From assembly GCA_002633005.1 (NCBI GenBank), contig NMRA01000110.1, forward strand, positions 62,001 through 126,000: 64,000 nt of DNA, written 5' to 3'. A model generated the notes under the pieces. The model saw nothing but the letters and a program-made list of their open reading frames with translations, ran no database searches and was not told the DNA's origin. This DNA is from Phoronis australis. Taxonomy: Eukaryota > Animalia > Phoronida. This document shows, piece by piece, positions 37,991 to 48,662 of the stretch (its first letter is position 1; the number at the start of each line of letters is the position of its first letter). A program made the translations under genes and the position numbers.

Positions 37991-39789
37991 CATAAATGTA
38001 ACTTTTGTTCTTTTAGTTACACCGTTTGCACATATTTCTATAGCAATCGCTGCATTTTTAGCTCTGATTGGGACAGATTGTGATGTTATAAGTTCCTATC
38101 AATGATTCTCCATATTCTAAACTTCTCAGAAATTCATATTGACCGCTGCTGTGATAACGAGATTTGAATTCTAGTTAAAATCTTTATTTATGATGGACAT
38201 GTGTCCCAAATAATAGATAAATGATACGTGCGTCGATGAAGAGCAGACCGAGGTAGACGATATAAGGTCATTTATTATGACTAATACAATTACAAGTAAA
38301 TATATTGAATACAGACAATTAACATAAAAATGGTAATCTCTGGAAAGATGGGTAACAAAAGGCGCCACAGCGATCTCGGGATGTTTTTGTTCTCAAGCCG
38401 CTAATACCGCGAGCATGACGTCATCGTGTACTCGAAAGTCTTTTTACCTCTCGAGATCCTAACGTAACATCTGCTTTTCAATAACCGTAAAATATAAATC
38501 ACAGAGTAAATGCAAACTGTATCAAGTTGTCTCACCTCCCGCCATCACGCTACTGCACAAAAGGCGTGCTTTCACGGGATAAAGCGTTCACTGACTTTCA
38601 ATACACGTACACTGTAATTTGCGCTGGCTTTAGCTTATGCATAGACGGGTTTATACCTATATCTATGAGCGAGTGGACGCTCAGCNCACCTGCTACATTG
38701 TTCTACTAGTTGAAATCTATCTAAAAGCCCTTTTGTACTTAATTTCGGTCTGAGCAGAGTGACATGAACTGGAAAGTTAATTGAACCGTTTTTACCGGCT
38801 TTGGATGTCTAAGTAAACTGTAGCTGACGATGTTGTCATCGGAGTAATCACAACGTAGTGCAACACTTGTACACCAGGATTTTTTAATGTGATAATTTGG
38901 GAACATTGACATGTGCTAATGGACACAAAAACCTATTTCTAATTCGATTAGTGACTATTCGAGCAAAATATGAGCAATTTTTAGCGACGACATTACCCTT
39001 GTCGATGATAGCAGTGGCCCCTGACAATAACTTCTTCGATGTAACCGAAGTTGATCATTCATACTACCGTACACCACAGCATCGACGCTCCGTTTGTCTA
39101 CTGTGAAGTCAGGCAACTGGCACGGTTAACTTCGATTCAGGACCGAAGTTAACCCTCCATACTGACTGCAACTGCCCAAAACATCGCCATGTCGACGTTA
39201 GAATGAAAGGGCCTTAGCAGTTTTAACTACATGTTAAAACACTAACATGGTGTAATTAGTCTGGGTCAGCGTGAATCAGTACTACTAGTAGTTAGTAGTA
39301 TTAGAACAAAAACTGAACAGCTGATCGAATTGAGGATCTTCAAAATGATTCGGGTCCGAGTACCCATCAGTGAATACTCTAACAGTGTATACGAGTCATT
39401 GAACATTTCACAAACAGCACACTTACGGACTTATACTTGTCCATCGAAAGCCTGGTATTGTTCATTTGTTGTAATGTAAAACCTTCATGAGTTCGAACAT
39501 TCAGTCTTGTCCTCATTGTTTCTCACCTATAGAACGAGTCGCTTACAGGTACACGGTTTGTTGGTAATGCCGCTTTTTGTACTGGCTAACAAGTCTTTTT
39601 CTGAATCTCGTAGAGCAGGACGACTGAGTTTCGCCTTCGGACGTACACTACTTAGACCTACTAGTCTCCGCCATTTGTTTTGTATAAATTCTGTTGACCT
39701 CTCGATCTGTGGCTGCGCATGCGTTGTTGTAATCTGTTTAGCATCCCGGATACCAAATTCTTTGTAAACATTTCATTCGTTTGTAGTAT

Positions 39790-40904
39790 TTACAACGATT
39801 TTTTTCAAAATTTTTGCACCAGTTGAAAGTTAATAACTCTCTAGTATCTCAGATTATCACATTAAAGAGGAATTTTATTACGAACCACTCTGGTATAATG
39901 AACATATTTTGATTGATAAAAAGTCTGTTTTCTACAATGACTGGTATAAAAGAGGTATAGTTTTTATTCACGATTTGTTGAATCATAATGGTTATTTTAT
40001 GTCTTACCAGTGTTTTTGTGAAAGATACAGGTTTTCTCCATCATTTACATCTTTTTGGGGTATTCGAAGTGCAATTCGTCAAACTATTCNTTAATTCAAT
40101 TCTTATATCGAGACAAAAAGTCAATAAACAAATTTGTACCCACTTAATACAAAAACTATATAAAAAACCCAAATTTGAGGAAAATTGGGAAAAACAGTTG
40201 AATACTGTAATTCCCCGTGAGTGGTGGAGAAAAGCTTATTCTTATTCTATTAACTTTTCTTGTGATGTCCAGCTTAAATGGTTTCAAATACGTTGAACTC
40301 ACAGACTACTCGGAACCAATAAGTTTTTGAGTAAGATTGGTGTTAGAAATTCAGATAGTTGTACTTTTTGTAATTCTCATTCTGAAGACATTTTTCACTT
40401 GTATTGGTCTTGTTTACGTGTCCAAAGTTTTTGGAAAACTGTTGAAAACTGGATAAAAAACCTCTGCGGAATTGATATGAAACTTGATCATTTTTACGTA
40501 ATTTTTGGCTCCTTTAATGGACCAAAAAGTCATAAATCTACTTTTATGTTTAGGCAAGTACCACATACACAAGCAAAGACTTCAGAATGTAGAACCATGT
40601 TTTGCACTTTTTAAACATTTTGTTTTTGATTACTACAAAGTAGAAAAGGTTATGTACTATAACCAGTGGAGGTATCTCGACTTCGAGGAACGATGGCCCC
40701 TCTAGCACCTTTGTTTTAATTTACACTACATACAACCAATGGCCCCCCTGTGTATGAATGTGAGCGTGACTGTGTGCANGCACCTTTATTTTAATTTACA
40801 CTACATACAACCAATGGCCCCCCTGTGTATGAATGTGAGCGTGACTGTGTGCGTGTTATTGTATTTGCATTACGATAACAATAAAACTTTTTGACAAAAA
40901 AAAA
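39790..40904 (+). mobile_element. 5'-truncated L1/Tx1 LINE (3' end of ORF2, 3' UTR, poly-A)
   Basis: YEPLWYN, LKWFQIR and CTFC..EDIFHLYWSC motifs with frameshifts; AATAAA and an A-tail at 40880-40904. Confidence 0.88.
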
Positions 40905-41438
40905 CATGAGAGCAACACATGGCAATGATATGTTCCCACAGTGTGGATCGCAAATGGCAAAATCCTAAAGGTGCTAATTATCTAAACATTCTCAAACACG
41001 CAATATGCAGCAGTCAGAAAAATGGCCATTAATGAATTAGACATGAATTGAGCTAGACAAATAAGAGCACAATTGCCATTAGGTGGCAGCTGCAGCACTT
41101 AAATCAGCCAAAAAATGACGCCAGCAGTGCTCCTCTAGTAATAACTGAAACATCCGCCACATTTCAAAATGATGCTTCATATGGATAGAGAAGCAGATGT
41201 CACCATGACATCTTGATAGACACATAGACCTACGAATTTGCATGATCCTACGAGCGGTTTGGTAGATACAGGAGGCAGATGCCAGACACAAAGATGACTG
41301 TAGTATATGCCAGGCTAATATATGCAGGTGCATGTAAATGCATGTTATTGTTTCATCATTTCAGTTAGCATTGTCAATTTTCTAGTTATGTCTAATTTTG
41401 GTCTTGCTACAAGTTTTGAGCTCAACACTATACTGTAC

Positions 41439-41563
41439 CTTGACTCGTCTCTCGGAGCAACCCAATTTCTTGGCAGTTTCCTTGACTTCTGCAGAATTCT
41501 CTTTTCTCATCCCTTGTTCCCAAGCTGACTGTAAGATGAGTACTTCACTATTTGAGAAGTTTA
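41439..41563 (-). CDS. Divergent homeobox-like exon (helices 1-3, HDX-like)
   Basis: tttcag acceptor, open 125 nt encoding NFSNSEVLILQSAWEQGMRKENSAEVKETAKKLGCSERRVK, AAG|gtacag donor within putative helix 3. Flanking exons not found. Confidence 0.5.
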
Positions 41564-42472
41564 TCTGAAATTAACCAATCAAAGTGCACAAAGATTGTCC
41601 ATTAAACAGACTGCAACCACTACTAAGACACAGAACAAAAATCTATCAATCTGAACCATGAGACTAAAATTTGAAGAAACTAACAGGAACTTTGGAAATA
41701 AAAAAATGAGATTTTCAGACTCAAACCCACATTTGAAAACAAAAAAACTAATGACAAGAAATGGGCTCCGAATATGTTCAAATCAAAGGGTGTCTTATGT
41801 ATTTGGTCCCTGAGCTTTTTTAACATGTCATTTAATTATTGTTTACTGAAACAAAATAAGACGATAAAACCAAAACGAATAACAGGAGCCAGTTTTCACT
41901 CACTAATGGCCATTGCTGCTATACAAGTGCAAACTCTTCCCAGCAGCCACTTTGGTTTCTTGTATATATGCATTTGTAGCCAAAATTCACCTGTAACCAA
42001 ATTGGTGGTTTGGGGTAGCAATGGATGGTGAAAATTAATTGATGTCGAACCTAAGACCTGCCAACACTTGGATGGCAGTATTAATAATAGACAAAACCAA
42101 ATGAGGTACCAGATGACTAAAGCTTTAGAGTTATGGAGGGACGCACCTATCAGACTATTACCAATACATTGTTCCCACGTCTGTGAAATCAAATTCTCTC
42201 ATCGGGTAATTATCAATCATTAAGCCAATGACATTCTCTTCAAAGTCTATTTTGAACATCATACACAAATAGCATGTGATCTGGGCATGCCATCTTGCTT
42301 AGTGAGCTGCATGACGTGTGGGGCATCAAATTAATAGTGACTGGGAGAGAGGATGCCAAATTGGGAGAGTGCAAATGGTGAGCAGTGGAGCGGTAAAAGT
42401 AGAGTACACTGTCCCCCCCCCTCTTCCGGTGAATCATATAAGCATCTGTTAGCTACTCGCTAACGGGCAATT

Positions 42473-42541
42473 GCCTATTAGCTGAATGGTTAGCACACTC
42501 GTTGGTTTTTTAGGGGTCGCTGGTTTGATTCCCAGGTAGGG
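42473..42541 (+). mobile_element. tRNA-like SINE head or tRNA pseudogene
   Basis: A box TAGCTGAATGG and B box GGTTTGATTCCC about 45 nt apart; degenerate anticodon arm. Confidence 0.55.
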
Positions 42542-44475
42542 TAATCTTGGCTATTAGTTTACTCCAAGAATGCCACATTTGGCTGCCAAATCCAGCTTTC
42601 AATGAATAATGGACATTGCCCGTTACTCGACTTTTATCTACAACGCTTAATTTTTTGTTTGAATGCGGTATTTAGGGAAGATGTTTTTTATTTTTTTTTG
42701 CAATATCCATGTGTCATACATTTTTGAAAAGCCCTTGGTGTGAGCAATGAAATGGTGCAAAAATCAGGAAAAATTGGGTGAGCGGTTACTGAGAAAATGA
42801 CCGTTGAAACGCAACAATTATGCATAAAATATCTGCCTTCTTACATAATTTCGTAAAAAATAAAAGAATATACATGTGCTGCAAATAAAAATTGATACAA
42901 ACATGGTGGTGTGTATTATATACAATTTGGATCGATTTCTACAGAGATATTTCTGTTTAAATGTGTTGTTAGCATATGGAACTTGCTCATCATGAACCTC
43001 ATGTTTGATGAAAACAATGGATTGCACAGCTTTAAAGGTAAAGAGCAAAAAACAACATATCAGCTCAGAAATAAATACATCTGAGCTAGGAGGAAATTTC
43101 ACACCAAACCACAAAACAACATTGGTTGATTTGGGGAGAGGCAAGGCCCCCCCCCTAAAAACTCCCAGATTTCATTTGGCAGTGTGAGGGTGCAAATATC
43201 TTACAGGTGAAATACTACGTAATACTCTGCCCTGCCCCCCATCTAAAAATCCTAGATCTGCCCCTGAATACTACTACATGGGCAACACATCATGGCCCGA
43301 CAGGGGGCTGTGGAAGGCTATAGCATCCCCACTTTTTTAGTGCTGGGTGCCACCCATGTACTATTAGATCGTATCATAGCAAAAAAAAACATCAGAAAGT
43401 AGACAAAAGACCATTTGGGAAAACAAATCACTCTTAACATGAACGATTTCATCATTTACGCAACAAAAACTCTTTGCAACAACTTTATTTCGAACGGTGA
43501 AGTTACCATGCCCGAACTTCAACGTAGCCGCTCGTGGCGCCGACGTGCGACGACTTAGTGAACTAACGACTGCCGTTTGAAAAGTGCCAATTGGCGCAGC
43601 AGTTTGACAGAATTTCAGAAAACATTTCGTAAACATGATTCATGGCTTCGCATGAATGATTCATAGGTTCGTAGATGATTCTAAGTTTCTGCACTTCTGG
43701 AAGGATTTTCTAATGGACATGATAACATTTAGCAAATCAGACAAATACGTTTTATTAAAATAATACATCATAATTCTTTTCAAAATCTCTAAGGAATGTA
43801 GAAGTCAAAATGGTGCAATCAGACGACATGGCGAGAAGCGAACGTCTGGGATTCAGTTCATCATTACAGTAGTTTAACGATGTAATTAGGCCGGTGAAAA
43901 GTAAAAAAACTAGTGCTAAGTGTGAAAATTCAACTCACCCTGACTCTTTTCCTGCATATCTCACGAGGCTCCATATCTGTTTTCGCTGTAATAATTTCGG
44001 CGGTGGTAGAAGCAAGATTTCAAGAGTGCGCGTGTTGAAAGTGAAGCTCTCGCTGATCTCGCGAGATAGTGTTACGCAACCCTTACCCATTGTTCATTTG
44101 AACCGGCGACTCATGAATACGGCCCAAGGCGTATATTTCAAAGAACTCGGTTTGGTAATGCAACTGGATATTTCAATACAGGAACATTTTCTTCACGAAT
44201 CAATACAACATTCACAGTCTATGCCAGCACAGGTATAAATTTATATCAGGTACGGTTTTGATTTCATTTCCTATTCAACCCCACAATCGTTGGAGCTTAT
44301 ACTGGGGTTTTATGCAGAAAAATACGAAAGCTTTTGTAACGTTAGGCTGAAAGATGGAGTGGTTAAAGCAGTAACTGTACGTGCTAGAGCGTTAGCAGTA
44401 CGTACTGGACACCCTTTCAGAGCGTAACTGTGTACAACTTTTTTTGGTTTAAGCAAGTAACTGCGTAAGGAACGG

Positions 44476-46665
44476 GTGCTTCTATCAACCCAGTACTCAG
44501 TAAATGGTAATTCACAGTAGTCATGGTCGGCGACAGCTGCCCTTAGATCTGCCCGTTGGTAGAGGTACCGAATGCTCAAATCCTCGGAGTATAAAGCACA
44601 ATAGTTAAGAACATGGGACTGAACAAGATCGTTATAGCCAACCAAGTTGCGGTACTGTTCGGGACGAGGGTCAACCAGGGTGCATCCCTTCTTCTTCTGG
44701 TGTCCCAAGTGGACTGCTTTAACAGGTGACCCTGAAACAAAAGATAAGTAATGCCAATTAGATGATGAAGAGGCTTAATTTTCAAACGATGACTGGAGGT
44801 AAGTTTGGATAAAGTACTTAGGTGCAACGAAACAGAACATATAACAAAACCAAACATTTTTTCATTTTTGTAATTGGTACCATTGTGTGTCTTCTTTGGT
44901 CGGTGGAAAGTTTGCAGTATGTCGGTGCAGCTTCTTGTAAGACTAAGTTTACCAGTCTTTTTAAATTCTATCAGCATCAGAAAAACACTCGCAATGTGCT
45001 TGCAAGTTTCACTTGGACCAACACCACAAGGACATTCAAAGTGGCTAGCCACCACCTCTCCACTCTTATCAATTTTAATCTTCAATGAATAGCTGAGCTG
45101 TCAATAAAATATCTCGGTATTACTGAATGAGAACAACATCAAAAAACGAAAATCAGTATTAAAGCACGACAAATTTTCTGTTCAGTCAAATTCCCGTAAG
45201 AGGAGCATACAAGAAGTTTCCACTTTAAATATATTGACAAACAAATGTTACCCAGATTTCCCTGCCGGCGCAGGGCCAAAGATGTTAGTTCCTTGGGCCT
45301 AAACAAACTCTCCAATGCGTGCACTGCCATAGCATGCACACGGCAACCAACATTGCCTTGAATGATAGTCGGTGTGTATGTGCACAAGCACGTAACTAGT
45401 ATCGCGAGCAGGAGAATGAATGGGGCGAAAGCAGAGAATACACAACTATGGGTCTCTCAGAGTGGAATAGCATTGGTGGCTAGGCCACCGCAGGGAAGAC
45501 TGGATAACTTGAAATAATAAGAAAACAAGTCAATACCTACCAAAAACAACTAGGTTTGAAACTCAGAATTTTTGGATCTCCTACCTCCCCCCAAGCCTCT
45601 ACAGTTTTCCATGGCCCCTCCCACTCCCTTATCACCCGTTCTTCCACATACCCATTTACACCACTTCCCCCACGTCTACATCCCACTAAGGTCCCGGATA
45701 TGTTAACTAACACAGTAATTTACATACCTTCCTTCAACAAGCAGCTGGCTCTTTTCAAGTGCTTTGACATCTTTGTTTTCGCCAATGAGCACATGGCGAT
45801 ACAGGAAATATGCCTCCACAACAGATCTACGCAGATCAGGAATATCTTGCTGGTGTGAGACAGTCACTTGTTTAAAGCCTACTTTTGGCCATGCAGGGAT
45901 GGTTGCCCAGGGGATGCAAATCTCCTGTGCTTGGAAATTGAAATTACGGCCATAGCCTTCAAGCCTGAAAGCCAAAGATCAAGGAAAATAAATAAATAGG
46001 GCATGTACTTCCATGTCACTGACTTACACAGTGTGTAACAGATTTCCTGTCATCGATCATGGGGAGTAAAGTTGAGTAAACAAATAGCCTGAACATGAGA
46101 TACATATTTGAAACTTTTGCCTCGGATTGTATTATAGTGATTGCACCCTTGCATCTGACCTCACACATAACATGCCATGGTCACAGACATTCTTAGCTTC
46201 TCATCGTCCCCAATACACCAAGCCTAATAGGCCTACTACAAGGTAGTGCATTGGATTTGGAGACGATCAGAAGCTGGTCCTAGCGTAATGAAGGACGATC
46301 AGAAACTAAGGACGCCTGTGGCCATTGCCATTGCATTATTGAGTTGAAAAAAGTAAAAACGTAAACATTCTCCACTTTCATAAACCATTCGATAAATAAA
46401 CAATACTTTTGATGACCAAAAAGATCCTAGGAAGTGCAAGTGTGGCTAACAAAACTTACACCTGTCTGAACGGCGACATCAGACTATATACCCCAGTTAA
46501 TAGGGATCTAAATATTGTAAATATGGAAGTCAGAATATAAAACAATCGTTGGAAAGAATCACAAACCTTACCTTTCTATGAGGTCATGCTTCCTCCCCCT
46601 CGTTGAGGCACCTTTTTCAGCTAATCTCAATTTGAGTTGGGGCGCTGTAAGTCGACTGTAAGCAT
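44476..46665 (-). pseudogene. Spliced accessory gene of the ISL2EU-like element (SAP domain + SWIM-type zinc finger); YqaJ part not found
   Basis: Exons ~46572-46665 (YSRLTAPQLKLRLAEKGASTRGRKHDLIER), 45728-45964, 44881-45097 (ECPCGVGPSETCKHIASV...SCTDILQTFHRP) and 44476-44731, with GT-AG sites. One internal exon was not located and the start codon is out of frame by 1 nt. Confidence 0.75.
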
Positions 46666-47121
46666 TGCACCACGTATTAAAGGCTCGCGAAATCGAGGCT
46701 GCTTAATCTATCACCACTAGTACACCCGCGCAGTCTGGTTAATGTAAATTTTCCGAATAGCCCCATTCTAGTAAGTGATCAAATGAGCTATAAATTGATG
46801 AAAATTACACGTAAATGGAAGTCTAAATTGGATACAATTTTTTTGATTTTGACACAGGAGTTGCTTGCACAAACTCAATATTTTATCTTCTACAGGCGTA
46901 CAAGTTAAAGCAAAATTGAAATCCGCATTGTTAAAAATTTAGCCTTCTTGAATTCAGTTTTGTGTTCGTTTTGGAAATTCCGTAATCAATTCGCCATTCA
47001 CAACTTGGATAATTCAATGGGATCAAGGAAAAAAGGCTTCTGGGCTGACGAGTTCAGGTCGGAGGAGAATGGACGTTCTTCAATGAGCTCCTACGTCGAA
47101 CGCCGATAAAAGTTACAAAAA

Positions 47122-47879
47122 ATGGCGAAGTCAACACCAACAGCAAGCATTCAAAGTTACATGCTACGAAATAAAGGTGGACTGAACGAAATAAAAGACT
47201 TAATCGTGAAAGTCGAGACTAACTTGTCGGAAAAAATTGACGAGTCGAAACGGGCTTTGGAAGCCCAGATCAGCGGTGTCGAGCGACGCCTTGACAACAT
47301 GGATTCACGTGTTCTGAACGTAGAAAGTAAAGCTACAGACAACGAAACTGCAATAGTTGCACTGCAGGAGAAGCTTGATGCGGTCCAGGACAGACTACTG
47401 AGGGAAGAAGTACGAAACAGGCGTTATAATCTCCTACTGTATGGTGTAGACTATGAAGAGGGCGAAAATGTTGAAAGGAAGTTACGAGATATTGTTGATA
47501 AACTGAGAATTGCTGAAAACTTTGCATCGGAGCTTGTAATAGCAAACACACACACAGAGTCCCCCGCATAGTCACGCATAACAAGTCGCCCGACCCTGTT
47601 TTGGTCAAGTTTACTGTGCTTAGTGAGATAAATGCGGTGTTTAAAGCAGGCACAAGTAAGAATCGTCCTAAAGATGTAACAGCTATTTTCCGCACTGATC
47701 TCCTAAATGTATTAAAAAAGAAAAGAGGGAAACTTGCTGCAAAGGCATATGATCTGAGAAAAGATAAAGGGTGGAAAACTAGTGTACGGGAGTCGGGGAC
47801 CGACGTGTGGCTGGAAGTGAAGAAAAGCGAGAACCCGTTGTTATTGATATTAATTAAGCCTTGGTATCACGGTCATTAG
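47122..47879 (+). pseudogene. LINE ORF1 (coiled coil + RRM), frameshifted near 47555
   Basis: Heptad-rich region followed by RNRRYNLLLYGV..E; continues in another frame (HRVPR...PDPVLVKF). Confidence 0.85.
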
Positions 47880-48279
47880 GTTTACGCCCAGGTCACCTTG
47901 GCAGTGGGACATCCTGCTGAGTGAACTCTCACATGACTAGCTGGATGAATTTACATCCCCTATTTGTTACTGTTTCGGTTATCTGCAGTGTTCTATTCAT
48001 TGCCAGTGCAGTCATTAGGTTACACCCAGGTTACATTGACAGTCGGACATCCTACTGAGTGAACTCTCACATGACTAGCTGGACTCTGTAGGTGGATTTA
48101 CATGCCCATTGAGTCTATTTGGCGTTGTTCTAGTTCTCTGCAGTGCAGGCTTTTCATTGCCCGGGTTTGATGTCTGACCCTTCGCTATGGTTTCCACAGT
48201 TCAACCTACGCTTGAACAAAGTGGCAGAAGTCACTGATCTTTTGGTGGGTCCCTGAATGGTACGCTGCAGGGTACTTTT

Positions 48280-48424
48280 TGAAGTATTATCTGGCCGGTT
48301 AGAGGCGATAATGAAGACACCAGGTTTAGAACAGTAGGTATATATTTGAAGACTAAGTACCAAGAACACTACTTCATTCACAGCAATATATGACTACGCT
48401 ACATAGTAATACGATACTACAACA
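48280..48424 (-). repeat. 3' LTR
   Basis: Direct repeat of 52994-53138; I count 4 mismatches in 145 bp. Confidence 0.97.
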
Positions 48425-48662
48425 TCCCCTCTCTTTAGTAAATGCGGTTATAATACGGTTAGAACGTAATGTCAATGGTGATAACTTGATCTTGTAGCAG
48501 GTGCTAAGTAAGTAAGTATGATTACACCTATAATATCTCAGTAAACTAGTGTCCTAATATTTAAACAAAATCCTTGTAGCGAGATGGTCTTGAAGTCTTT
48601 CGCTCAGATCTCCTGATGATGGACTCTGGTTTAGCTACTGCTGGTGCACTGCAAGAGTCCTC

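Larger units (their letters stand above)
36105..46764. mobile_element. ISL2EU-like (PIF/Harbinger-related) DNA transposon, about 10.7 kb with nested insertions
   Basis: TIRs GGGACTATTCGGAGAATT / AATTTTCCGAATAGCCCC; subterminal TGTACTAGTGGTGAT / ATCACCACTAGTACA; AT on both flanks; convergent THAP-HTH and SAP-SWIM genes. Confidence 0.8.

Noticed and set aside
40705-40852. Tandem ~74-bp duplication in the LINE 3' UTR
   Set aside because: The copies are nearly identical and joined at an N (40779), so this is probably a contig-overlap artefact.
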